Below are positions 26,445 to 35,982 of a stretch of 55,485 nucleotides of DNA, in pieces (position 1 is the first letter of the stretch; every line of letters begins with the position of its first letter). The DNA lies in the NCBI GenBank assembly GCA_052273845.1, contig DAVZHM010000001.1:1-55485 (forward strand), given 5' to 3'. The DNA comes from Candidatus Fimenecus sp. GTDB taxonomy: Bacteria > Bacillota > Clostridia > Oscillospirales > Acutalibacteraceae. The translations under genes and the position numbers were made by a program. The notes below the pieces were generated by a model that saw nothing but the letters and a program-made list of their open reading frames with translations, had not been told where the DNA came from and searched no databases.

Positions 26445-29400
26445 ATGGCGAGAAAATACGATTTGATTTCCGAGCTCTATGACCGCACCTGCAAGACGGT
26501 TTCCGCTAATCCACAGAATTGGCAGGCGTTTTTACAGTCAGCTTGCCGAAACTATAAACTGCGTTTCGACGAGCAGATTCTTGTGTTTGCACAGAAACCA
26601 AATGCAAAAGCGGTTCTTGAAATTCAACGGTGGAACAGTAGTTTCGGAAGATGGGTAAACCGAGGAGCAAAAGGAATCGCCGTATTTGAAGATGCAGACA
26701 GGAGCAGACAGCGGCTCATATACTACTTTGATATTTCCGACACCCACGCGGGCCCACATTCCCGTCCTGTTCCTGTTTGGGAAATGAAGCCGGAGTATGA
26801 GGACGCTGTTATTGAAACTCTTGAAAGTAATTTTGGAGAAACGGAAAACAAGCGTGACCTTGCCAACGTCGTTCTGTGTGCCGCCGCAAACGCGGTCGAC
26901 GATAACATTACCGATTACACAAGTGATCTTTTAATATCAAGGATGGGTAGCCTTTTAGGGATGTTGGATAACAATACAGTTGTTTCAAATTTTCATAAAA
27001 CCGTAACCAATAGTGTGGCTTTTATGATAATGTCTCGACTTGGAATAGACACCTCCAGGTATTTTAGTTATGAAGATTTTAAGGATATTGTAAACTTTAA
27101 TACTACCGACACCTTAAACGCTCTCGGCTTTGCTACCGGTGATATTGCTGAAATGGGGCTTTCTGAAATATCTAAAACGGTTATGTCGTTTGAAAGGCAA
27201 AATCGCACATTTGCAGAATATAAAAATTCCGACTATAATATAGACGGAAATAAAAATACTGAAGGGAGTCCTAATTATGACAGAGAAAATAACCTATACA
27301 ATGCAGGGAGATTACAACCTTCCGAACTTGGAAATGCCCAACCAACCAGTGGCGGAAATGGGCAGATACGCTCGAATGAGGAAAGCATTTTTGAAGGAAC
27401 ACCACAAAGTTCTATATTACAATCTCCTGACGAGCTGCAAACTGAACGAACACTTAGCGGAGGTTCAGCAGACGGCAACCGAGATGGAGGAACGCTTAAT
27501 CAAAGAAATGGCGGAGAAAGAGGGCGTGACCGAACAGATGAAGGCGACGGATATGATGAAGTGGGTTCGCCTAATGAACAATCTGAGGAACTCGGCGCAG
27601 GAGATCGTGAAAGCGGAAGTAATCTTCGCTTAGATTGGTACGACCGTGAACACGAGGACAAAAGCCTTCCTTTCTTCGGTGGCGATGATACCATAAGAGA
27701 AATTCTTGATACGACACCCCACCTGAAAGCATCCAAAGACGAAATAAGAGCGTTCTTTGAAACCGTAGCCGATGACGATAAACGCACCGAGTATATCAAG
27801 AGTATTTTCAATAACGATTATACCGAAGTGATCTTGAGTGACGGTAGGCGTGTCGGCTACAAAACTTTTCAAAATGTTCTGCACCTTTGGGAAGGAAGTT
27901 ATCTTAGCCGTACCGCACAGAGTTATTATGATTGGGGCGTTATGGCCGATCACTTTGAAGCAATGCGACTTTTAGGTGAACTCTATGACACGGCAAAACC
28001 CCTACCCTCCATAGACGGACAAATGAGCTTAATACTCGACTACGAAGCAGAGGTTACAAAACCCTCTGCTTTTTCTTTTTCCCAAGAGATTATCGACCTT
28101 ATCCTTTGTAAAGGCGGTCAGGTCAGCGAGGGAAAATTCCGTATCTATGAGCAATTCCAAAAGAGTTTATCCAAAAAGGAAAATGTGGACTTCCTCAAAC
28201 ATGAATACGGTTGGGGTGGTTCATATCCTATCATTGTCGGTACGGGCATTGATGAAATGCACGATGCCAAAGGAATAAAACTCACAAAGCAAGTTAATGG
28301 CGAAAAAGTTAAAATCCTTTTGAATTGGAATCAGGTTGAAAATCGTATCTCTGAGCTTATCAAAATGGATAGATACCTGAACCCAAAGGAAAAGGAACTC
28401 TATCCTGCGTGGCTTGAGCAACACGAAATTCGCAGAGCCGAAGTCGCAGAGAAACGCAGAAAGCGAGAAATCCTTTCTACTGCACCCACCGACAAGAATG
28501 AGCCTGAAACGACAACCGAAAGGTACGAATATCATCTTGGCAACAAGGTGTATATTGGTGCAAGTGAGTATGAAATTCTGTCCTTTGACGATGACCGGGT
28601 AATGCTCTATGATACGCAGTTTCCGTTATTCAATAAGGAAATGAGTCGTGCAGAATTCGACCAAAAGGTGCAAGAAAACCCGATGAACGACCACTTAAAG
28701 GTAAAGGATTTTCCAGCCGAAGAAACCCCGGACAACACGAAGGTGAGAATATCTCTGGATAGCGGAAACGACCTTGTTCATTGGATATATTATAATCCCG
28801 ACGCAAATGCCGGAGGTCAGTATGTCTCAGGTGATTTAAGCTTCTCTGTTTTTGAGGGACTCATCGAGCAGTATGATATTGCGAATCATCCCGAAAACAC
28901 GGATAGGTTTGTTGCCGACCTTGAAGAAATGTCGGATCAGTTTTTGGCTGACATCAACACTCCGTTCTTTATGGAAGCGGAAAACGACTATGAGATGGAC
29001 TGCGACTATATTCAGTTCACACCCGAAAATATTCTCAAAATCCACAAGGATATTCAGCAATTTGAAACGGAACATCAAGCAGAACTTAACAGAATGGCTG
29101 GGCAGAATGAGCCTAACGCATTGCCGGTTTATGACCGTGAAGCAGAAATCCTCTATGATGTTCTTTCTGCGCTGAAAATTGATAATGTTGAGTTGACTTT
29201 CGACGGTGATAAGCTTGTTGCAACCGACAGTATGGACAACGAGTGGCACGGCAAGGAGTTTTATGAGTTCCTTGTAAAAGAAACCTTTGTGTTTGACGAT
29301 AACGGCAAAGTAGTGGGTATCGATGATGATTTGCTTAAAGACTTTACGGATCTGTCTGAACATAATGGGATACCCGTTAAGGATAACAGAGTTAAGCAGC

Positions 29401-32400
29401 TATATAGGGGTTATCTTGAAGTGAAAACTGAAAACCCCGACAATCTTGTGCTGTATCAGGTTGGAGATTTCTTTGAATCGTATAATGACGATGCTCAAAA
29501 GGTTGCAGATGCTCTTGACTTGATAATGACCTCTCGACTGATAACTGACAATGATAGAGTGTCTATGGTTGGACTTCCAAAACACCGTTTGGAAACAAGC
29601 CTTAATATGCTGACTGACCGTGGATATGATGTAGCGTTATCTATTCTTGAAGGCGGGGAACGCAAGGTGTATAACTTTGTTTCTCAGAACAAGGAAAATC
29701 CGGTGGAGTCACGACCAATCGGCAGGATTGAGTATTTACGTGCAGATGGAACTGTGCAGGAAAGTATTGAATATACGAGGCCTTCTCACTTTGAAAGGGA
29801 TATTAAAGAGGAGAAGCGTTGCGGAGATTCGATGCAAATTGTTCTGTATGGGGACAAAGACGGTAAAACCATTTCGGTGGATTTCCTATCTTCTCTCAAT
29901 CTGTCGCAGAGTGTCAAAATTATTGACAGTCCGTATCTTGAAACGGCTTCAGATAAAGCAATTGATTATAAATCCGTTCCAACAATCACTTGTGTATGGA
30001 GTGAGAGTCCGGTCTTTGAGGACGGAAAAACCTATTCGATTGCTGAATTTGATCGTCTGATGAAAACAGCAGATGACGAAAGAGTTGCAGGGAAAAAAGC
30101 TGCTATTGAAAAGTATGGGTCATCAGAGGCTTGGTATAATTCCGATGTTGTAGATGAATACACACAGTATTACGGCTATGACAAAGTGAGATTTACTTTA
30201 AATATGCCCGATGGCACAACATTTACGGAAAGGCAGGATATAGGCGACGGCGATGGTGGCGTCATAGAGTTTTTAAGTCAATACCCGAAATATAATGACA
30301 TCGTTCCGATTTTGAAAAAAACAGTTGCCTATTTGTCAACTGAACAACAAAAGCCTGATTCAACCCATAGTAAGATTGAACAAGCAGAAAAGGCTCACAC
30401 ACCCGCCGTTCCTGCTTGGGAACAGCCGAAGAAGAGCAAATTAAAGCCCTTTGACTTGCACCCCGAAACTCCGATGGCCGACCGTCATAATTTCAATCTT
30501 GCTTCTCACAAAATTGAGGAGGTCGGCAAAAAAGAACGCTTCCAAAGAAATATGGAAGCAATAAAAGTTCTGAAAGCGTGTGAGCTTGAAAATAGTTTTG
30601 CCACTCCTGAAGAACAGATTACACTATCAAAGTATGTCGGTTGGGGCGGCATCCCCGAAGTATTTGATGAACGAGCAGGCTCTTGGCAAACCGAGTTTAA
30701 TATGCTCAAAAATATCCTGACGCCCGAAGAATATGCTTCTGCAAGAGAAAGCACCTTGACTGCCTTTTACACACCGCCTACGGTAATACAGGCAATTTAT
30801 AAGGTAATGGAGCAGTTGGGATTTAGCGAGGGCAACATCTTGGAGCCTTCGTGTGGTATTGGGCACTTTATCGGTATGTTGCCTGAGTCTATGAAGGAAG
30901 CAAAGGTTTACGGTGTTGAGCTCGATACCATATCGGCGGGTATTGCACAGCAGCTTTACCAAAAGACCTCTATTGCAGCACAGCCGTTTGAGGAAGCAAA
31001 TCTCCCCGACAGTTTCTTTGACGCCGTTGTGGGTAATGTGCCTTTCGGGGATTTCAAAGTCCCCGACAAGAGATACGACAAGCACAAGTTCCTGATCCAC
31101 GACTACTTTTTTGCAAAGTCCCTTGATAAACTTCGTCCCGGCGGCGTTATGGCTCTCATAACGAGCAAAGGTACAATGGATAAGGAAAACCCCGCAGTTC
31201 GTAAATATATCGCACAGAGAGCTGACCTGCTTGGTGCAATTCGTCTGCCAAAAAACACCTTTAAGGGCAACGCCGGAACGGAAGTTGTCTCAGATATTCT
31301 TATCCTGCAAAAGCGTGACCACTTGATAGATATTGAGCCCGATTGGGTGCATCTTGGCAAAGATAAGAACGGCATCACAATGAACAGTTACTTTGTCAAC
31401 CACCCCGAAATGATACTCGGTGAGATGAAAATGGTATCAGGTCGATTCGGGCTTGAATCGTCTTGTATACCGTATGAAGATGCAGACCTTGCCGAGCAGT
31501 TGAGCGAAGCAATCACCAACATTCACGGTGAGATTATCACTTATGAAGTGGATGACGAACTGTCCGAAGAAGATAATTCTATTCCCGCCGATCCGACCGT
31601 GAGAAACTTTTCCTATACGCTTTTGGATGGCAAAATCTACTTCCGTGAAAACAGCCGTATGGCTCCGGTAGATGTGTCTACCACCGCAGAAAACCGCATT
31701 AAGGGTATGATTGTAATCCGTGACTGCGTTAGAAACCTTATTGAGTTACAGACCGAAGATTATCCCGACTCGGCAATCAAGGCAGAGCAGGAAAAACTCA
31801 ACAACCTTTATGATACCTTTACGGCGAAGTACGGTCTTATTAACAGCCGCGCCAATTCTTCCGCTTTCTCACAAGACAGCTCGTTCTTTTTACTCTCAGC
31901 TCTTGAAGTCTTGGGCGATGACGGGACTCTGGAAAAGAAAGCGGATATGTTCTACAAGCGGACAATTAAACCCCACGCCCCGGTTACTTCGGTTGATACT
32001 GCTAGCGAAGCGCTTGCCGTATCTATGGGCGAAAAAGCCTGTATTGATATGGAGTATATGTGTCAGCTTAGTGGCAAAACCGAGGAAGAAATCTTTGCCG
32101 ACTTAAAAGGCGCTATCTTCTTAAACCCGAAGTATGGGTACGGAAGCAGTACCGAAGCAAAGTACCTTATGGCTGACGAATACCTCTCCGGTAATGTCCG
32201 TGAGAAACTCGCGCGGGCAAAGAAATCCGCACAGCTTGAACCCGAAGATTACAGTATCAATGTGGAAGCACTCCAAAAGGTGCAGCCGAAAGACTTGACG
32301 GCAAGTGAGATTTCCGTCCGCCTCGGTGCGACTTGGCTACCGCCTGAAATCGTTGAGCAATTCATTTTTGAGTTCTTGGGTACGCCGAGATATGCTCAAT

Positions 32401-35282
32401 GGAATATCAAAACTCATTTCTCCGAATACACGGGAGAATGGAACATTGAAGGCAAGTCCTACGACAAAGGAAATGTCAAAGCATACAGCACTTACGGCAC
32501 AAGCCGTATCAATGCATACAAGATTATCGAGGAAACGCTGAACCTGAAGGATGTGCGTATCTTCGATTATGTGGAAGATGCAGACGGCAAAAAGAAAGCA
32601 GTATTAAACAAAAAGGAAACTGCTATTGCTCAGTCAAAGCAGGAACTTATCAAGCAGGGTTTTCAGGACTGGATATGGTCTGATCCCCAGCGCAGAGAGC
32701 GTTTGACAAAACTCTACAACGAGAAGTTCAACAGTATTCGTCCTCGTGAGTATGACGGAAGTCATATTGCTTTCAACGGTATGAACCCCGAAATTGAGCT
32801 GAGAGAACACCAAAGAAATGCGGTGGCTCACATTCTCTACGGCGGCAACACCTTACTTGCTCACGCTGTTGGCGCAGGCAAAACTTTTGAGATGACGGCA
32901 GCGGCTATGGAAGCAAAACGGTTCGGCTTATGCTCGAAATCCCTTTTCGTAGTGCCGAACCACTTGACCGAACAATGGGCATCAGAGTTCTTACAGCTCT
33001 ATCCCTCCGCAAATATCTTGGTGGCAACGAAGAAAGACTTTGAAACTAAAAACCGTAAAAGGTTCTGCGGTCGAATTGCTACAGGGGATTACGATGCTAT
33101 CATCATCGGGCATTCTCAGTTCGAGAAAATCCCGATGAGTGTTGAACGGCAGAGAGCTATCCTTGAACAGCAACTTGAGGAAGTCACCAACGGTATTGCA
33201 GACCTAAAAAGAAACCGAGGAGATAATTTCTCGGTCAAGCAGTTGGAACGCACGAAGAAGTCCGTCAAGCAGAAGCTCGACAAGCTCAACGATCAATCTA
33301 AAAAGGACGATGTTGTGACCTTTGAGGAACTCGGAGTAGACAGGCTTTTCATTGATGAGAGCCACTACTATAAGAACCTTTTCCTCTATACAAAAATGAG
33401 GAATGTAGGTGGTATCGCACAGACCGAAGCCCAGAAATCCAGCGACCTTTTTATGAAGTGCAGATACTTGGACGAGATTACGGGTGGTCGTGGAACCGTG
33501 TTTGCGACCGGAACGCCAATCTCAAACTCTATGGTGGAACTCTATACCATTCAGAGATATTTGCAGTATAACACTCTTGTGAAGAACAATCTGCAACACT
33601 TCGATGCGTGGGCGTCCACCTTTGGAGAAACCGTAACAGCGGTAGAGCTTACACCCGAAGGAACGGGCTACCGGGCAAAGACAAGGTTTGCACGGTTTTA
33701 TAACCTACCCGAACTTATGGCAATGTTCAAAGAGGTTGCGGATATAAAAACCGCAGATATGCTTGACCTTCCTGTGCCGAAAGCCGTCTATCACAACATC
33801 TCGGTTAAGCCGTCTGAAATCCAAAAGCAGATGGTAGCCGAGCTTGCAGAGCGAGCAGAAAAGGTTCGCAGCGGTATGGTAGATGCGAGCGTTGACAATA
33901 TGCTGAAAATCACAAACGATGGTAGAAAACTGGCTCTTGACCAACGACTGATTAACCCGATGCTCCCTGACTTTGAAGGTAGCAAGCTAAATGCTTGTGT
34001 GGACGCAATGTTTGAAACTTGGGAAAAAGGAAAGGAAAAACGGCTCACACAGTTGTTCTTCTGTGACCTCTCCACTCCCAAAAATGACGGCAATTTCTCC
34101 GTGTATGATGATATTCGTAAGAAACTCATAGAGCGTGGAGTACCCGCCGAAGAAATCAAATTTATACATGAGGCGGACACCGAAGCAAAGAAGCTGGAGC
34201 TGTTTAAGAAAGTCCGCAGAGGTGATGTCCGTATCCTTATGGGCAGTACCGCAAAAATGGGAGCCGGTACGAATGTGCAGAACAAACTTGCTGCATCGAG
34301 CGACCTTGACTGCCCGTGGCGACCTTCCGATTTGGAACAGCGTCTCGGCAGAAGTATCCGACAGGGTAATGAAAACCCCACGGTAGATATTTTCCGTTTC
34401 GTGACCGAGGAAACCTTCGACGCGTACCTCTATCAGCTTGTGGAGGGAAAACAGAAGTTCGCTTCGCAGATTATGACGAGCAAATCACCTGTCCGTTCCT
34501 GTGAGGATATTGATGAAACCGCGCTGTCCTATGCTGAAATCAAAATGCTTGCAACGGGCAATCCGTATATCAAAGAGAAAATGGACTTGGATGTCCAGGT
34601 ACAGAAATTGCGCCTGCTTAAATCCAACTTCCTCTCTGAAAAATATGCTCTGGAAGATAAGATAATCAAGTTCTATCCGCAGGAAATCGCGAGACGGACT
34701 GACACGATAGAAAGATTGAAATCCGATATTGAGCGAGCAAAACAGCACCCGAAACCGATTGGTGATACCTTTTTGGGTATGACGGTCAATGGCGTTTTTT
34801 ATTCCGAGAAGGCGGATGCCGGCAATGCAATCCTCAATGCGTGTCAGGCTATGACGAGTCCCGATCCGATTCCGCTCGGAGAGTACCGGGGTTTTCAAAC
34901 AGAACTGTCCTTTGACATCTTTGAAAAGGAATACAAGGTAAAGTTCAAGGGTGAACTCGGATATTCCGTATCGCTCGGTACGGATACCTTCGGCAACATC
35001 ACTCGTTTGGATAACGCACTTGATGGACTTCCGAAGCGTTTGGCGATAAACGAACAGGAACTTGACAACATCAAAAAGCAGTTTGAAATCGCAATGGTTG
35101 ATGTAGAAAAACCGTTCAATCAGGAAGAAGAATTGCAAACCAAAACTGCAAGGCTGAATGAGCTAAACGCTCTCCTCAATGTTGATAAGCGTGAGAATGA
35201 GATTGTCGATGGCGAGCCTGACAAAGGCGATAAAGTGCTAAAGCCAAAGCCAAAGCAAAAGCAAAACGAACTTAAACGATGA
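26445..35282 (+). CDS. Polyvalent conjugative-element protein (2945 aa): ArdC-N-like ssDNA-binding domain, low-complexity linker, MutS domain I-like module, N6-adenine DNA methyltransferase, SNF2/DEAD-like helicase
   Basis: The ArdC-N-like part reads ILVFAQKPNAKAVLEIQRWNSSFGRWVNRGAKGIAVF. The MutS-I part reads LYQVGDFFESYNDDA..LPKH. The methyltransferase part reads LEPSCGIGHF and GNVPFGDF. The helicase part reads AHAVGAGKTF, FIDESHYYKN and a helicase-C block ending LGRSIRQGN. Confidence 0.85.
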   Translation: MARKYDLISELYDRTCKTVSANPQNWQAFLQSACRNYKLRFDEQILVFAQKPNAKAVLEIQRWNSSFGRWVNRGAKGIAVFEDADRSRQRLIYYFDISDTHAGPHSRPVPVWEMKPEYEDAVIETLESNFGETENKRDLANVVLCAAANAVDDNITDYTSDLLISRMGSLLGMLDNNTVVSNFHKTVTNSVAFMIMSRLGIDTSRYFSYEDFKDIVNFNTTDTLNALGFATGDIAEMGLSEISKTVMSFERQNRTFAEYKNSDYNIDGNKNTEGSPNYDRENNLYNAGRLQPSELGNAQPTSGGNGQIRSNEESIFEGTPQSSILQSPDELQTERTLSGGSADGNRDGGTLNQRNGGERGRDRTDEGDGYDEVGSPNEQSEELGAGDRESGSNLRLDWYDREHEDKSLPFFGGDDTIREILDTTPHLKASKDEIRAFFETVADDDKRTEYIKSIFNNDYTEVILSDGRRVGYKTFQNVLHLWEGSYLSRTAQSYYDWGVMADHFEAMRLLGELYDTAKPLPSIDGQMSLILDYEAEVTKPSAFSFSQEIIDLILCKGGQVSEGKFRIYEQFQKSLSKKENVDFLKHEYGWGGSYPIIVGTGIDEMHDAKGIKLTKQVNGEKVKILLNWNQVENRISELIKMDRYLNPKEKELYPAWLEQHEIRRAEVAEKRRKREILSTAPTDKNEPETTTERYEYHLGNKVYIGASEYEILSFDDDRVMLYDTQFPLFNKEMSRAEFDQKVQENPMNDHLKVKDFPAEETPDNTKVRISLDSGNDLVHWIYYNPDANAGGQYVSGDLSFSVFEGLIEQYDIANHPENTDRFVADLEEMSDQFLADINTPFFMEAENDYEMDCDYIQFTPENILKIHKDIQQFETEHQAELNRMAGQNEPNALPVYDREAEILYDVLSALKIDNVELTFDGDKLVATDSMDNEWHGKEFYEFLVKETFVFDDNGKVVGIDDDLLKDFTDLSEHNGIPVKDNRVKQLYRGYLEVKTENPDNLVLYQVGDFFESYNDDAQKVADALDLIMTSRLITDNDRVSMVGLPKHRLETSLNMLTDRGYDVALSILEGGERKVYNFVSQNKENPVESRPIGRIEYLRADGTVQESIEYTRPSHFERDIKEEKRCGDSMQIVLYGDKDGKTISVDFLSSLNLSQSVKIIDSPYLETASDKAIDYKSVPTITCVWSESPVFEDGKTYSIAEFDRLMKTADDERVAGKKAAIEKYGSSEAWYNSDVVDEYTQYYGYDKVRFTLNMPDGTTFTERQDIGDGDGGVIEFLSQYPKYNDIVPILKKTVAYLSTEQQKPDSTHSKIEQAEKAHTPAVPAWEQPKKSKLKPFDLHPETPMADRHNFNLASHKIEEVGKKERFQRNMEAIKVLKACELENSFATPEEQITLSKYVGWGGIPEVFDERAGSWQTEFNMLKNILTPEEYASARESTLTAFYTPPTVIQAIYKVMEQLGFSEGNILEPSCGIGHFIGMLPESMKEAKVYGVELDTISAGIAQQLYQKTSIAAQPFEEANLPDSFFDAVVGNVPFGDFKVPDKRYDKHKFLIHDYFFAKSLDKLRPGGVMALITSKGTMDKENPAVRKYIAQRADLLGAIRLPKNTFKGNAGTEVVSDILILQKRDHLIDIEPDWVHLGKDKNGITMNSYFVNHPEMILGEMKMVSGRFGLESSCIPYEDADLAEQLSEAITNIHGEIITYEVDDELSEEDNSIPADPTVRNFSYTLLDGKIYFRENSRMAPVDVSTTAENRIKGMIVIRDCVRNLIELQTEDYPDSAIKAEQEKLNNLYDTFTAKYGLINSRANSSAFSQDSSFFLLSALEVLGDDGTLEKKADMFYKRTIKPHAPVTSVDTASEALAVSMGEKACIDMEYMCQLSGKTEEEIFADLKGAIFLNPKYGYGSSTEAKYLMADEYLSGNVREKLARAKKSAQLEPEDYSINVEALQKVQPKDLTASEISVRLGATWLPPEIVEQFIFEFLGTPRYAQWNIKTHFSEYTGEWNIEGKSYDKGNVKAYSTYGTSRINAYKIIEETLNLKDVRIFDYVEDADGKKKAVLNKKETAIAQSKQELIKQGFQDWIWSDPQRRERLTKLYNEKFNSIRPREYDGSHIAFNGMNPEIELREHQRNAVAHILYGGNTLLAHAVGAGKTFEMTAAAMEAKRFGLCSKSLFVVPNHLTEQWASEFLQLYPSANILVATKKDFETKNRKRFCGRIATGDYDAIIIGHSQFEKIPMSVERQRAILEQQLEEVTNGIADLKRNRGDNFSVKQLERTKKSVKQKLDKLNDQSKKDDVVTFEELGVDRLFIDESHYYKNLFLYTKMRNVGGIAQTEAQKSSDLFMKCRYLDEITGGRGTVFATGTPISNSMVELYTIQRYLQYNTLVKNNLQHFDAWASTFGETVTAVELTPEGTGYRAKTRFARFYNLPELMAMFKEVADIKTADMLDLPVPKAVYHNISVKPSEIQKQMVAELAERAEKVRSGMVDASVDNMLKITNDGRKLALDQRLINPMLPDFEGSKLNACVDAMFETWEKGKEKRLTQLFFCDLSTPKNDGNFSVYDDIRKKLIERGVPAEEIKFIHEADTEAKKLELFKKVRRGDVRILMGSTAKMGAGTNVQNKLAASSDLDCPWRPSDLEQRLGRSIRQGNENPTVDIFRFVTEETFDAYLYQLVEGKQKFASQIMTSKSPVRSCEDIDETALSYAEIKMLATGNPYIKEKMDLDVQVQKLRLLKSNFLSEKYALEDKIIKFYPQEIARRTDTIERLKSDIERAKQHPKPIGDTFLGMTVNGVFYSEKADAGNAILNACQAMTSPDPIPLGEYRGFQTELSFDIFEKEYKVKFKGELGYSVSLGTDTFGNITRLDNALDGLPKRLAINEQELDNIKKQFEIAMVDVEKPFNQEEELQTKTARLNELNALLNVDKRENEIVDGEPDKGDKVLKPKPKQKQNELKR
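27277..27633 (+). CDS. tnpV: TnpV-family small protein, encoded out of frame entirely inside the giant ORF
   Basis: AGGGAG lies 8 nt upstream of the ATG. ITYTMQGDYNLPNL, LKEHHKVLYYNLLTSCKLNEHLAEV and EGVTEQMKATDMMKWVRLMNNLRNSAQEIV match my recollection of the Tn4451 TnpV family over the full length. Confidence 0.65.
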   Translation: MTEKITYTMQGDYNLPNLEMPNQPVAEMGRYARMRKAFLKEHHKVLYYNLLTSCKLNEHLAEVQQTATEMEERLIKEMAEKEGVTEQMKATDMMKWVRLMNNLRNSAQEIVKAEVIFA

Positions 35283-35307
35283 AGGAACCTATAAAGGAGG
35301 TATTTAG

Positions 35308-35916
35308 ATGAAGGAATATGAAGTTATTATTACAGAAACACTACAGAAAAACATTGTTGTAGAAGCTGATAGTCGGGAGGAAGCAGAAAGTATTGCCGAA
35401 CAGAAATGGAAGGACAGTGAGTATATTCTCGATGCTGAAACATTTGCAGGCGTCACTTTTACTTGCGTCTCGGACACTCAAACGCACAAAGAACTGTGGC
35501 AGTCGGTACACGATTACGAGTGCCAATTGGATATCCCCCCTGATGCCTGTCTTGTGAAAATGAATCGAAAAGGGCTTTTGCAGTGGGAAGCGAAAGATAC
35601 TGTCACGCCTGATCAGATTGAAAAAGCCTATGCATATCTGCGTGATTTTGTTTCGGAACGCTCTCCGAACTCCGTGAACATAGGCGCGATTGACAATTTA
35701 TGCACAGTATATCCCGAACTGGTTGTTTATACGGTGTTAACACAGAGTGAAAAACAAGCCCTGATAGATTATGTGGAACAGGTGTTAGATCTTTCCTATC
35801 ATCCCAGTGCAACCGAGTATCGTTTATATCAAATGGCGGTTCAAGAAGAAGGGGCATCTTCGGCACCCAAGAAGCAACCTGTGGCAAAAAACAAACAACC
35901 TGTTATTCTTCGATAA
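35308..35916 (+). CDS. DpnD/PcfM-like domain protein
   Basis: The N-terminus MKEYEVIITETLQKNIVVEADSREEAESIAEQKWKDSEYILDAETF matches the recalled DpnD/PcfM pattern. AAAGGAGG lies upstream. Confidence 0.6.
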   Translation: MKEYEVIITETLQKNIVVEADSREEAESIAEQKWKDSEYILDAETFAGVTFTCVSDTQTHKELWQSVHDYECQLDIPPDACLVKMNRKGLLQWEAKDTVTPDQIEKAYAYLRDFVSERSPNSVNIGAIDNLCTVYPELVVYTVLTQSEKQALIDYVEQVLDLSYHPSATEYRLYQMAVQEEGASSAPKKQPVAKNKQPVILR

Positions 35917-35929
35917 GTACTTTTTTTCA

Positions 35930-35958
35930 TTGCTTTTTTTATAATAACAGGGTATACT
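35930..35958 (+). promoter_or_regulatory. Candidate sigma-A promoter for the Fic/Doc-like gene
   Basis: It reads TTGCTT, 17 nt, TATACT. Confidence 0.45.
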
Positions 35959-35982
35959 TAATCTAAATTAGGAGTGATATTT

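Noticed and set aside
28852-30060. Other alternative-frame ORFs inside the giant gene (28852-29175, 29647-30060, 31720-32106), considered as further overprinted genes.
   Set aside because: Unlike the TnpV-like ORF, their products are Arg/Lys/Ser/Leu-rich with no family resemblance and no upstream Shine-Dalgarno sequence. They overlie well-structured domains of the main frame.
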